Positions 37,856-53,554 of a stretch of DNA of 64,000 bases are shown here, piece after piece. The notes under the pieces were generated by a model that was given only the letters and a program-made list of their open reading frames with translations, searched no databases and was not told the DNA's origin. The stretch lies in assembly GCA_031835245.2 (NCBI GenBank), contig JAVKOQ020000003.1, positions 434,001-498,000 on the forward strand, written 5' to 3'. Each line of letters begins with the position of its first letter. The stretch's first letter is position 1. Source of the DNA: Balamuthia mandrillaris (lineage: Eukaryota). Position numbers and translations under genes: made by a program.

Positions 37856-39350
37856 TCAATGGCGTGGGTCCAGCATTGTGCCAAGGAAAAGAATGCTATC
37901 CAACGGCTGATGGTAGATGAAGAAAAGGAAAGGATGGTCGGCCACGAAATGGATCTCTCTAAGCAATGACAAGCCCTTGGCCTTCATTACGACCGCGGTG
38001 GCAGCGGCGGCCTCGGTGCCCTCTTCATTCACCTCCACGAAGGCCTTGTGAAGCACCTCCTGAATCCTCAAGCCCGCGCTGCACAGCAGTGGCGAGGAGA
38101 TGAGAAGAATGGAAACAAAGAAAGAGCGGGGGTACATACGGGTCTCTGGTCATACCGCTAAAGTCAGCAGCATCCGAAAATGGGTTGGGCATGCCTGATA
38201 GAAGAAGAGAAAACAGGTTACTACGGCTGCAGACAAAGACCAGAAAAGAGACAAAGAGGTAACCTACCAAGACTGGACAACGCCTCGGACAAACTGAGAG
38301 AGCGGGTGGTGGAGAACTTGGGCAGGGTGACCAGCACTTCGCTCTTCTGAAGCGAGGACAGGGAGGAGAGAACCTCAGCAAGGTTGTCCGGTCTTCGAAG
38401 AGAATCAAGTCTGTCTGTGCTGTGGTCAGCCGGGAGCACAATGACCATGCTCACGTCGTTGCCTTTGTAGGGAAGCTGCACGACCTCGAACCCTTTGGCT
38501 TCGTTGTGGGCATAAGCAAGTCTTTTCTTAGGCAGGTGCATCATGTCCACCTCCAGTCTTTCCTTGTCGTCCAAGAACTAAGGAGCAAGAAGAAGGAGCA
38601 GAAGAAGAAGAAGAAGAAGAAGAACAAGAACTCGAGATGTGAGCAGCAAAAGTGATTGAGAGGGTTGAAGAAAACCGTACAAAGAAGTCCTGTTTGTTGG
38701 TTCTATCCTTAGGGAAGGGGTATTGCCAAGCCCCCTTGAAATAGATGGCGTTGGTGAGGACCATCTTGGTCTGTTCATCAAGCGCCCCGCCTGGGATGAG
38801 GTCCTTGACCTTGTCTTGGGTTTGGTGGGCCACCCACTGGTTGATGGTCTGGGTGGCTTTCTCGGACTGGGCAAAGTCGAGGTTGTTGGCCTCGGCCTGG
38901 TACAGCTCGGTCAGCTTGAGGAAAGTCTCTTCAATGGGATAGTTCTGTTGAATCCACAAAGCATTACACAAGAGCAGCTTCACCGCCTCCGAAGAGGACG
39001 CAGTCAACTAGACCAGTAGAAAGAGAAGACATAAGAAATGGACAGAAGAGAGGCAAAACCCACTTAATAAAACTCAAACGAAAAAGACGAACCGCGGTGA
39101 GGTAACGAGCAAAGTCTTGGTGAACGCCTTCTGAAGGAAAATGCAGAACGTTACACATCTCCTCGGCGCTGCGTCCACGAGCGCCGGCAAAGGTCATGGC
39201 CAACGCCGCCGAGATGCTGAACGGCGAGAAGAACACGTTGGAGCCCTCATCCTGGCCGCTGATGTGCTCAAACAGCTCCAAAGCGAAACGGTTGTTGCCC
39301 TCGCTCAGTTGCGCATTACGCTGCTCTTGAGAAGCCGGTCCTCCTTCCAT
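37856..39350 (-). CDS. Serpin, intracellular, inhibitory-type hinge
   Basis: NVFFSPFSISAALAMTFAGARG, INQWV, NAIYFKGAW, LPKF, EVNEEGTEAAAATAV and FVADHPFLF; no signal peptide. Confidence 0.95.
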
Positions 39351-39533
39351 ATCGTCGCCTTGTTTTCGTGAGGTGTAAAGAAATGATGGCAAGCAGAATA
39401 GTTAAAGAAAGGGGGAGTTACGGTAAGGGCTTTACGGTCCGCCAAAGTCCACACCACGTTGGTCCCTAGGCGAGCTCCACGCATTGGTTGTCTCCAACTT
39501 AAAAAAACATAATGATACTCTCTGTAATTAGCT

Positions 39534-40365
39534 TCATTCATTCACGGTAGAGGCACGTTCCATTTCAGCAGACAGACAAGAACGAGATACTGCTAACCTA
39601 TGTGCTGCTGCTTTGCGGTCCCCCGCGCATTTCTCCTTTATTCTTTCACGGTTGTGGTGGCCACCTCGCTTGTGTTTGTTTTGCTTGGTGGCGGAGTGTG
39701 GGTCTTGTTCTGGTCCCTCGCAAAGCCTATCCCGCTGTTCTTTCGCACTTTCGAGGTTCGTCACCCGTCTCAAGAGTGGTAGGGTGAGGCTGCTACAGAT
39801 CAAACCGCTGGCTATGGCGTCGTTCGCCGGATGGAACTCGATGCCATCCTTCCTTTTGCTGCTGCTGGCTCGTGTGGTTATCGCTCCGTCGACATAGCCC
39901 CATACGCCCTTGCTCTTGGAGCCACTTCGTAACAACAGTCGATAACACCCCGTCGCGAGACAAAACTTGGAAAAGTTTTGTCTCGCGGGTACTGCTTCAG
40001 GAAGAGCCAAAGAAAGTCCAATAAACCATCGAATGGATCATTCACAGCACAAGAAAAACGCAAACGGAGACCAAAGAAAGGCGAGGAAGTGAGAAAGAAG
40101 TGTTGTTGCAAGTGTGGAAAAGCAGGGGCACCTTCGACGAGATAGTCCGAAAGCGAAGAAGAATTCTTCTGGCACATCTTTGGTCTTGGGAGGAGGTGAT
40201 GACGAAGGCAAGTACAGGAGGATTGGAAGTTTTGCAACTGCAGTGGTTTGTTCAATACGTGGGTATCGCTTGGAGACGAAGCATACTTTGCGCTTTTGCA
40301 GCGGGTCCGCGCACAACAGTAGCGTAAGAACGGCTGCCCTTGGAACAAAACCACGCAAACGCTAA
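39534..40365. mobile_element. Rearranged Ty1/copia LTR-retrotransposon gag(-pol) remnant
   Basis: Minus strand reads KGVWGYVDG...DAIASGLICSSLTLPLLRRVTNLESAKEQRDRL (copia gag-like). Plus strand 40104-40152 carries a frameshifted zinc knuckle C-x2-C-GK/QGHLRRDSPK. Confidence 0.65.
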
Positions 40366-40434
40366 GAAGCAATGAAAACAAAGTACAGTTTACTATTCCA
40401 AGGAGGGTTTCCACAACACAAATGATATAAAACG

Positions 40435-44103
<3,669 letters not shown>

Positions 44104-44389
44104 GATTGTTTATCTGCGGCAAAAGGAAGCAAGAGAGTGCTGGTTGTGGGCACGCGTTGCTTCTATCTGTTTGTTTCCCCTTTGTTTTTCGTTTCAGAAA
44201 AATGTGAAAAAAAAAAATCAGTAAACGATTGAACCGTCATGCCCTTTTATGGTAGAATTATCACAAATAATTACCTTAGATTTTTGTCGACAATATTTAC
44301 TTTTTATGGTATAACATCAACAATTTTTGCCATTTGTACGAATATTATCGACAAATACATCAGTATCAGAAGAGGCCAGCTGCTGCACC

Positions 44390-45060
44390 GATGGAGGCTG
44401 CCTCGTTCTCCTCCTCCTCCTCCTCCTCCACGGTTGGATGGGAGGCGGTCCCTCGTGCTGCAGTGGCTTTGCCGAACAAATGGGTTCGGTTGGGACCACC
44501 CGCAACAGGTCTGTGCTGCCACCGCTGAAGGGCATCTGGAAGTGCTGCAAGTGGCTCGTGGAGGAGAAAGGTTGCGCCATGGATGGAGCCACCTGCCGCA
44601 AAGCGGCCGAAGGGGGTCACCTCCACCTCCTTCAATGGGCTCACGCCAAGAAGGGGTGCCCTTGCGATGCCCAGGTGTGCATGCGAGCTGCTGATCGAGG
44701 AGACCTGGAGATGCTGCAATGGCTTCGAGGAGAGAGCATAAGATGTCCTTGGGATGAACATACTTGCAGAGCAGCCGCCAAAAGAGGACACCTGCACGTC
44801 CTGAAATGGGCAAGAGAGAGGGGATGCCCTTGGGATAAAAGGTCTTGGCTGGCAGCAGCGGAGGGCGGACATTTGGAGGTGTTGAAGTGGTTGACGGAGA
44901 ACGGATGTCCTTTGGACCCTTCTCTGAATGCCCGAGGATGGAGCGCCCACAAGCTTGCCCTCACCCGAGGTCATGGCGGGGTGTGCAAGTGGCTGGAGGA
45001 GGTCGCAGCTGAGCTGACCCATGGAGCAAGGAGAAAAAAAAGATACCACTTCACATCATT
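44390..45060 (+). pseudogene. 5'-truncated, frameshifted GCPW ankyrin-repeat gene
   Basis: AEGHLEVLQ in frame 44239 continues as WLVEEKGCAMDGATCRKAAEGGHL in frame 44327, with the shift near 44550. No F-box start. Confidence 0.7.
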
Positions 45061-45450
45061 TATAGTTGTTTGTCAGTCTGCTCGGAGACGCGTCCCAAGG
45101 GGACTGACCCTTGGAGTCACTGCTGTACCAAAAAGTGGTGCCAACATCCTTGCCACCTTCTTGGTGGCAAAACGAAGATAGAGATAACCCGACGACAACC
45201 ACAACCACAACCACAACCCAAGAATCAAGAATTGGGCAATTCTTTACGCTTCTTCTTTCGTTGTCCGCAAAAAGTGTATTTTTGCCGACAATGCTCCAGT
45301 TTTTGTGGACAATTGCTCCACAGCTTTCATGCCACGTAATTCCTGTGTCGATAATTCCAGGAAAATATGATCAACTATTTTACGATTATTGTTGATAACC
45401 GGCAAACAAACAAAAAAATCAGAACAGATTAACTGACCAACAGAGAGAGA

Positions 45451-47961
45451 ATGGAAGGACAACAACAACAACAACAGAGCCGCTCTTATCCGGTCAAGGT
45501 GCACCTCTACGACCTCAGCGCTGGCATGGCGCGACAGCTCTCCATGCAGTTCCTTGGCAAACAGATCGAGGGCATCTGGCACACGGGGGTGGTCGTTTAT
45601 GGCGCTGAGTATTTCTTTGGCGGTGGCGGAGGGATCTGCTGCGACGCGCCTGGCCTCACGCCCTACGGAACGCCTGTCCAAGTCATTGAGTACCGTGTTT
45701 CCTTTGCTTTGCTCTCGGTTTTTTGAAGTTATTTTTCTTACACTCTTTTCTCTTGTTCTTCTTCTTGTTGTTGTTCCTGTTCTTCTTTCTTTCTTTCTTC
45801 CTTCTGCTTCTTCTTCCTTCTTCTTCTTCTTCTTCTTCTTCTTCTTCTTCTTCTTCTTCTTCTGCTGCTGCTGCTGCTGCTTCTTTCTCTTCTTCTGCTT
45901 TCTTCCTCCTCCTTCTCTTTGATGACTTGAAGCATGGGCACCACGACCGTGCCTAAAGAGACCTTTCTGCGGCATTTGAGGTCGCTGGAAGAAAGCGGAC
46001 GGTTCGCTGGATGGGCTTATCGCTTGCTGGACAACAATTGCAACAACTTTAGTGCTGAAGTTTGCACGTTTCTTACCGGCAAACCCATTCCTTCATGTTC
46101 GTGTGGCTCTTTTTCTCTTCTTTTTCTTTTTGACTGGCTCCCTTCTTTCGTTCCTGTTCTTGTTACTGCTTTGTTCTTTTTTTCTTCTTTTCTTCTCACT
46201 CGCCTTCTCTGTTTTGTTCTCGTTCTTCTCTGCCACTCCTTATTTTGCATAGATATCACGTCATTGCCACAAGAGTTTATCAGCACCCCTATTGGTTTGT
46301 ATCTCTCTCTTTACAATTCTATGCGCCTGTATGCTTTGCTCACCTACATACAAAACAGGGCAAATGATGTTGCCGATGATAGAGTCCATGCAATCTCGTT
46401 TGCAGGAGACAGCCCATCACTTTGGAGGCCCTCTTCCTTCTCAAGCAACGGCAACCAACGTCGGTAAGTTTTCCTCTTCATTATAACTCTGTTTTCATTC
46501 TTTTCTGCTTAACTTGTCGCGCCTAACCTTTATCTTCTTCTCTTTCACTCAATTAGGAAGCGGAGGAGGCATCCCAACCGATCTTGTTGGTCCTCTTCTT
46601 AACAGCCTCAACAACGGCAGCAACAGCACTGTTTCCTCGTTACCGACACCCACTCCAACATCCTCCACTACGACAACAAATACTTCTTCCTCCTCCCCTC
46701 TTCACCCACATCATTCTCTCTCTTCTCTCAATCATTTGAAGCATTCCGATCCAGTTCTGTTGGACAGCGGTGCAGAACACGCACCTAAGATTATGGAAAA
46801 GTTAAGAGAGTTCATTTCCAAAGAGGCAGATAAAGAAGAGACGCAGCCAGCTAGTTTGCGGCTAACCCCAGAAGAAACTCAACTTTTGGGCGAAGTAGAA
46901 AAGACCATAAAGTCGTTGAAGGCTATAAGTGCTGCTGCGGGAAGAGCCGCCATTCGTTTGAAGAGCGCAGAACAGACGTATGCATTGATGAGAAAACTGA
47001 TCGAAGGACTCTCAGTGGAGAGCTTGTTTCCTTGTCTCGACGTGCTTCGGTTGTTGCTCTGTATTCCTTCTGTCAATGTTCATTATGCCACCACTGAATG
47101 TTAGTCATTCCTTCAACTTGTTGTTCTCCTTCTTTTACTTTTCTTTTTCTTCTTCTTCTTCTTCTTCTTTACTACCGTTTCTTACTATTTTAACACTTGT
47201 TTCATAAGTTGACGTTATTGTTGGCATTCTGAAGCGGTTTGTCACGGAAAAGCCTGCTGGTGTCACAATTCCCAAAGGTTATTTTCCTCTTTCTTTTGCT
47301 TTCTTTAATTTGTTTATGTTTGTTCTAAACAAATACTCATTTTTTTGTAAATTGAATAACAGGAGTAAGCATAATGACATTGCGAATGGCAGCCAATATG
47401 TTCGCCACGCCGCAAGGAGCTTCAGCCATGCTCTCTCCTGACCACATTTCATCCTTGTCTGATGTCATCTCAGAAGGCATTCTTTCCTCCGAAAAATCAT
47501 GTCGTCTGGTATGTTGCCTTCTCGTGTCTACGCTTTCTTTCTTTTTGTCTCTCTTTATCAGCGCTGACTGTTGTTAACAACAAAAAGGCTGGTTCAACTT
47601 TGGCCTACAATTGCAGTCTTTATTTGTCCAAGGCAGCAGAAGATGCTGTAACTCAAGTGATGTCCGCCTTGATACATGCTTTGAACGAAGAAGCCTCCTC
47701 GCTGGCTACTGATGAATGCGGTTTTATCATGTTGATGGCATTGGGTCATCTTCTTTTTGCCAATGATGCGGTATGCTTCTCTGTTTGCTGTTTCTTTATA
47801 TATTGTTCTGCATGTTAACCCCTTCTCCATCTCCTTCCGTCATATAGGCAGTGGAGTTGGCAGGCATACTTGGTCTCGAGTTGAAGCCATTCATCGACTC
47901 TTCTGTTTCCAAGATCAAGGAAGTGGCCAAAGAGGTTGCCCTTCTCCTTCCTCAGCCTTGA
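45451..47961 (+). CDS. DeSI/PPPDE isopeptidase fused to a C-terminal PUL-like domain
   Basis: VHLYDLSAGMARQLS, GIWHTGVVVYG (His), YRLLDNNCNNFS (Cys); PUL-like LFPCLDVLRLLL and LRMAANMF. Confidence 0.88.
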
Positions 47962-48001
47962 TGACATGTAAACAAAGGTTTTATTTAAAAGTGTTCGAGT
48001 T

Positions 48002-49246
48002 TTATTCCTCTCCCCAAGAAGGACACCCATTGTCCTGCACCCATTGCAACATCTCTGCGTGTCTGTTTTCAGCAGCCCAGTAATAAGTCTCTCCGTCCCA
48101 AGGACAGCCATTCTCTCTCGCCCATTGCAGCACCTCGAAAAAACCATGCTGGGCAGCCGCCGCACAGGTGCGTTCGTCCCAAGGGCAGCGGTTGGTTCTG
48201 GCCCATCGCAGCACCCCCAAATGGCCGTTCTCAGCAGCGGCTAAACATGTCTCGGCGTCCCAGCGGCACCCGTTCTCTCTGGCCCACCGCAGCACCTCCA
48301 CATGCCCACCGCCAGCAGCGGCGGAGCAGGTGTTGCTGTTCCAAGGACAGCCGTTCTGTCTCGCCCATTGCAACACCTTCAAATGGCCGTTCGCAGCAGC
48401 TGCGGCACATGTCTGCGCACTCCAAGGACTGTCGTTCTCCCTCAACCACTGCAGCACCGCCAAGTGTCCACCCAAGGCAGCATGGGTACAAGTATGCTTG
48501 TTGCGCATGCAACGAATGTCGTAGGCCTTGAGCCATCGCAACACCGCCAACCGCCCGTTCCTTGCGGCGGCGTAGCACGTCTCCTCGTTCCAAGGGCATG
48601 CCTGGTCTCTGGCCCACCTTAGCACCTCCACATGCCCACCGCCAGCAGCGGCGGAGCAAGTCTCTTTGTCCCAAGGACAGCCGTTCTCCCTCAACCACTT
48701 CAACACCTCCGAATGCCCCTCACCGGCAGCAGCGGAGCAAGCCGCTGTGTCCCAAGGGCATTCGTTTGCAACGGCCCATTGCAGCACCTCCAAGCACCCC
48801 TGTTTGCTGATCAAGGCAGCCGTCTCTTTGTCCAGAGGGAGGTCGTTCTCCTCCACCGCCCATCGCAACAGACGGACGGACCAGCACACGGCCGCTTTTT
48901 TCAGCCGCTTGCGGAGAGGGGTGGGCGTGCAGGCGTACCAAGCTCGGCAGGTCCTGGCCGCGATGGCCGCGAACAACGGGTCCACTCGCTCCAAGATGGC
49001 GCACAGCAGTTCGTCCGGCACCAAGCGTTCCTCCCAGAAGCGAAAGTGGGAGGGACACTCCTCTCCAACGGGGTCCTCCTCTTGCAGTTCCCGTTGCCTC
49101 TTGTGCGATGGCCCCTGTGGGTGTTCTCTAGCGGACACGACTGTGCGCTTTCGGTTTGCTCTCTGCTCCTTTTCTTCTTGCTGATGTGCAGTAGTCTTGT
49201 TTTTTCTCTGTGCTGCAACAACAGATGGTGCTCTGCTCCTTCTCAT
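48002..49246 (-). CDS. Intronless F-box-like plus GCPW ankyrin-repeat protein, intact, 414 aa
   Basis: VPDELLCAILERVD...AARTCRAW followed by about 10 repeats of 27 aa. Confidence 0.88.
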   Translation of the reverse strand: MRRSRAPSVVAAQRKNKTTAHQQEEKEQRANRKRTVVSAREHPQGPSHKRQRELQEEDPVGEECPSHFRFWEERLVPDELLCAILERVDPLFAAIAARTCRAWYACTPTPLRKRLKKAAVCWSVRLLRWAVEENDLPLDKETAALISKQGCLEVLQWAVANECPWDTAACSAAAGEGHSEVLKWLRENGCPWDKETCSAAAGGGHVEVLRWARDQACPWNEETCYAAARNGRLAVLRWLKAYDIRCMRNKHTCTHAALGGHLAVLQWLRENDSPWSAQTCAAAAANGHLKVLQWARQNGCPWNSNTCSAAAGGGHVEVLRWARENGCRWDAETCLAAAENGHLGVLRWARTNRCPWDERTCAAAAQHGFFEVLQWARENGCPWDGETYYWAAENRHAEMLQWVQDNGCPSWGEE

Positions 49247-49359
49247 GCTCTGGGACTTGCCTTGTGCTTACTTTCATCATCATTAATATGCTTCTTCATT
49301 ACCGTGCTCTTTATTTGTTCAAAGCCAACCGTGTTCTTCTTCTTCGTACTCTTAGTCAT

Positions 49360-49720
49360 CGCAAGTGTCAGCCGTTGGGGCCACCGGAGCACCTCCAAAT
49401 GTCCGTTCTCGGCAGCGGCGGAGCAGGTGCTTTGGTCCCAAGGACAGCCGTTCTCTCTCTCCCATTTGAGCACTTTCTCGGCCGCCTGCGCATCAAGTGT
49501 CTTCGCTCCAACGACAGCCAACCTCTCGGACGAATTGCAGCATCCCCAAGTCCCCGTTCCAGGCAGCCCATTGACAAGTTTCTTCGCTCAAAGGACACCC
49601 TTTGGCCGTGGCCCACTTCAGCATCTTCAAGTCACCATTCACAGCGGCCCAGTAGCTGGTCTCACCGTCCCAAGGGCATCTATTCCTTCTGGCCCATTGG
49701 AGCCATGCTCACTTCCTTTC
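49360..49720 (-). pseudogene. Degenerate GCPW ankyrin-repeat fragment
   Basis: VLKWERENGCPWDQSTCSAAAENGHLEVLRW plus broken upstream repeats in different frames. Confidence 0.7.
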
Positions 49721-49756
49721 TTTTTTTCTCCTCGTCTCGTCGTAATTAAAAGGAAT

Positions 49757-49960
49757 GAAAGAGCAAGAGCAAGAGCAAGAGCAAGAGGAAGAGCAAGAGC
49801 AAAGAGCAGGCAAGAGCAAGAGCAAGAGCAAGAGCAAGAGCAAGGCAAGAGCAAGAGCAAGAGCAAGAGCAAGAGCAAGAGCAAGAGCAGAGCAAGAGCA
49901 GGCAGAGCAAGAGCAAGAGCAAGAGCAAGAGCAAGAGCAAGAGCAAGAGCAAGAGCAAGA
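49757..49960. repeat. (GAGCAA)n hexanucleotide array
   Basis: About 30 units between two ankyrin loci. Confidence 0.95.
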
Positions 49961-50003
49961 GGTCGAAAGTGAATCTCTGTGTTCGTTCTTCTTCTTATTT
50001 TTT

Positions 50004-51116
50004 TCACCACAGCTCGTCTTCTTCCACCAGTTGGCTGTCTCTTTCTCCGTAAGGACATCCATTGTCTTTGGCCCACTTCAGAACTTCTAGGTGCCCTTTC
50101 TTTGCCGCCAAGGCGCACGTAAGTTCGTTCCAAGGGCATCCGTTGGCTCTCGCCCATTGCAACGCCTCCAAATGTCCATTCTTTGCCGCTTCGGTGCAAG
50201 TATGTTCGTTCCAAGGGCATCCATTCTCTCTGGCCCATTTCAGCACTTCCACATGTCCCCCACCGGCAGCCGAGGAGCAAGTCCGGTCGTCCCAGGGGCA
50301 TCCATGCGCTCTGGCCCACATTAACACTTCCAACTGTCCTGTTCCGGCAGCATAGGCGCACGTGCACGATGACCAAGGGCATCCGTTCTCTCTCGCCCAT
50401 TTCAACACTTCCAAGTGTCCGTGTTCCGCTGCATGGGCACACGTGTCCGAGTCCCAAGGACATCCATTCTCTCTCGCCCATTTCAACACCTCCAAGTGCC
50501 CATTCCAGGCAGCCGTGAAGCACGTCTGCTCGCTCCAGGGGCATCCGTTCTCTCTCGCCCACTTTAGCACTTCCAAATGGCCAAAGTGGGCAGCGTAGGC
50601 GCATGTCCACTCGTCCCAAGGACATCCGTTCTCTCTCGCCCACTTCAGCACTGCCAGATGTCCGTGCACCGCCGTTCTGGCGCAGGTAGCCTTGTCCCAA
50701 GGACAACCGTTCTCTCTGGCCCACCTCAGCACGTCCAGGTGGCCGTACTTGGCCGCCAAAGAGCAAGTCTCTTTGTCCCAAGGGCATCCTTTCTCTCGTG
50801 CCCACCGCAGCAGCTCCAAGTCTCCCCGTTTGCTGAGCGCGGCAGCCAGCGCCGGTTCCAGCGGACAGCCGTTCTCCTCCACCGCCCATCGCAAGAGCGA
50901 GAAGGAGCTGCACACCGCCTTCTTGGACAGACGCAGGCGGAGAGAAGGGGAGGCGCAAGAGAACCAAGCGCGACAGGTCCTGGCGGCTATGCCCACGAAC
51001 CGCGGCTCCAGCTTATCGAAAATGGCGCACAGCAGTTCGTCTGGCAAAAGGCATTCCTCCCACCTAAGTTCCTCGGCTTGTTTGGGATGTTCTTCGTCTG
51101 TCTTGCGTGCTTCCAT
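50004..51116 (-). CDS. Intronless F-box-like plus GCPW ankyrin-repeat protein, intact, 370 aa
   Basis: LLPDELLCAIFDKLE...AARTCRAW and about 10 repeats with an 81-bp DNA period. Confidence 0.9.
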   Translation of the reverse strand: MEARKTDEEHPKQAEELRWEECLLPDELLCAIFDKLEPRFVGIAARTCRAWFSCASPSLRLRLSKKAVCSSFSLLRWAVEENGCPLEPALAAALSKRGDLELLRWAREKGCPWDKETCSLAAKYGHLDVLRWARENGCPWDKATCARTAVHGHLAVLKWARENGCPWDEWTCAYAAHFGHLEVLKWARENGCPWSEQTCFTAAWNGHLEVLKWARENGCPWDSDTCAHAAEHGHLEVLKWARENGCPWSSCTCAYAAGTGQLEVLMWARAHGCPWDDRTCSSAAGGGHVEVLKWARENGCPWNEHTCTEAAKNGHLEALQWARANGCPWNELTCALAAKKGHLEVLKWAKDNGCPYGERDSQLVEEDELW

Positions 51117-51536
51117 TTCTTCCTTCTTTTTTCGTTTCTTTTTTTTTTTTTTGTATATTTTTTATGCATTCGAGCGGACCATGATGACTGCAATCAATAA
51201 TATGCGATAACAAAACCCGACGCCCAAAAGCGCCCGAGCAAACAGAGAAGAGAGGAAGGCAAGAGAAGGGATGATGCATCCTCGGCTCGCGGATCGCTTC
51301 AAAGCCGCACGGGCTTGTCCACCCAAGAAAACAACAAAAGGGAGAGAGGCAAGCAGAGCAAAAAATACCATGACGACATGGACATAACGTGACGTCATGG
51401 ATGACGACATGCGAAGCGATGAAATTCGCCGATAATTGGCCGAAACAGAAATAGAAATTGAAAGTTTTCTCCAAAGATGGTATAAATATCGATAAATTTT
51501 TTTTACCGCGCATCTCTTTTGCTTTGGCGGTGCTGC

Positions 51537-53019
51537 ATGAGGGCCTTATCGCTGCGTTCTTCTTCTACGGCCTCGTCCTCCGCTTGCTGTTCCTCCTTCT
51601 CGCTCGACGTTCTTCTTGGGAGGGGCAAAGTCTTCTTCTTGAACAACAGGTCTGCAGTGGGCGCATCACTGGCGTCACTCTCATCATCATCATCATCACT
51701 CAAGGGCCACGGACGTTGGTACTCTTCTGCGGCACTGAGAACGGCGACCATGGAGCAACAGCAAAAGATGAACGCCATCGTGGTGGAACAGTTTGGAGAG
51801 CCCTCTGTTCTTCAGCTCAAACAAGTCGAGCGTCCCAAAATAACTCTCTCCAAGCAGGTTCTCTTTTTTTTTTTTTCTTCATCTTTTGCTACTCGTTTTT
51901 TTTTTTTTTGAAAGTTCATCTCTGCTACTTTTTTTGTTTGATTTGATGTTTTCTTTCTCCACCCACCCTTTCGATCTGACCTTTGATCTGATTGAAGGTT
52001 CTGGTCAAGATGGAAGCGGTGGGAGTGAACCCCGTGGAGACCTACATACGAAGCGGCGTTCGTGGAGGGCCGCTGCCGTACACCCCTGGCTCGGATGGAG
52101 CGGGTGTCATTGTTGACGTTTCTGAGGATGTAACTTCTGTTAAGGTAATGCCTCTTCTTCTTCTTCTTCTTCTTCTTCTTCTTCTTCTTCTTCTTCTTCT
52201 TCTGCTGCTGCTGCTGCTGCTGCTTTCTTTCTTTCATTTCTTCTTTTTGTTCTTCTTGTTCTTCTTCTTGCTTACTTTCTATTCACCAGAAAGGAGACAG
52301 AGTGTATCTTAGTGGAAGTCAATCAGGAACGTACGCTGAATATACTTTGGCCAAGGTTGGAGCAAATAACTTTATTCATTGCGCATTTTTTATTGCTTCT
52401 TTCTGTTTCTTTCGTCTTTCAATGTTTAACGCAACACAAAATAGGAAGACCAAGTGCATCATCTGCCGGACAACCTCACATTCTCACAGGGAGCTTGCAT
52501 CAACATTCCCTTCGCTACCGCCTATCGCTCCCTCTTCCAACTGGCCAAAACCAAGCCTGGCGAGTTTGTGTTCGTGCATGGCGCTAGTGGTGGCGTTGGT
52601 CTGGCCTCTGTTCAGTTGGCACGTTCTCACGGTGCGACTGTTGTTGGCACAGCTAGCACCCCTGAGGTTTCATTTAACTGCTTTCTTCACTTCATTCCTT
52701 CACCTAATCTTTCTTTTTTCATTTCCGTCATTGTTTCCTATGCCAAGTTTCTTTCTTATTTTTAATCTCCATCTATCCTTTTAACTTCAAAGGGTCGTGA
52801 GTTGGTTTTAAAGGAAGGAGCTCATTACGTCTTCAACCACAGAGAAGAGGGTTATTTGGACCAGGTCAAAGAGTTGGCCAAGAAGTTGGGAGCTGGCAGT
52901 GGAGAAGGAGTGGAGGTCCTCCTCGAAATGCTCGCCAATGTTAACCTCTCCAACGACCTGAAAATAATGGGTACTCACCCGTACTTTCCTTTTGTTTTGC
53001 ATCTTGTATACTGTTTCTT

Positions 53020-53079
<60 letters not shown>

Positions 53080-53407
53080 GAACAACTAAACAAACTCGCA
53101 AACTAAAGGAAAACGAGGAAGAATAATCGTTGTAGGAAGCAGAGGCAACATCGAAATCTCCCCGAGAGACATGATGAGCGCAGAGTCCAGCGTGCAGGGC
53201 GTCATGCTGGGCAGAGCCTCCCCCACCGAGCTTAAAGAGATTCACTCGGGGTTGAGGGCCGGCTTCGAGAACGGCAGCCTTCGCCCGATTGTTGGCAAGG
53301 AGCTAGCCTTGGTTGATGCCCCCATTGCCCACCACGAGATCATCCACTCTTCTGGCGCTCGTGGCAACATCGTTCTCTTGCCTTCCTTAGCCTCTTCTTC
53401 AGGCTAA
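51537..53407 (+). CDS. CRYZ: Zeta-crystallin/NADPH:quinone oxidoreductase (MDR family) with a probable mitochondrial presequence
   Basis: [42 protein letters not shown] and [12 protein letters not shown]. Ser/Arg-rich extension precedes a second ATG at 51750. Confidence 0.92.
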
Positions 53408-53554
53408 AACAGAACCAAGAAGAAGAGCAACAACACGACAGAACCAAGAAGAAGAGCAAAAAAGAAACAAGACGACAACGAAAGGTCTGTAAAGAGTTTC
53501 TTTTCTCTATATTTGTTTTATGCTGCAATCTGCCACATAATACAAAGAAGCTGT

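Noticed and set aside
50060..50900. Regular 81-bp repeats resembling a CRISPR array or DGR template/variable pair
   Set aside because: They are in-frame ankyrin coding repeats, with no unique spacers, cas genes or reverse transcriptase.
48632..50967. Long antisense and alternative-frame ORFs over the ankyrin cluster
   Set aside because: Shadow ORFs of GC-rich repetitive coding sequence and the (GAGCAA)n array.
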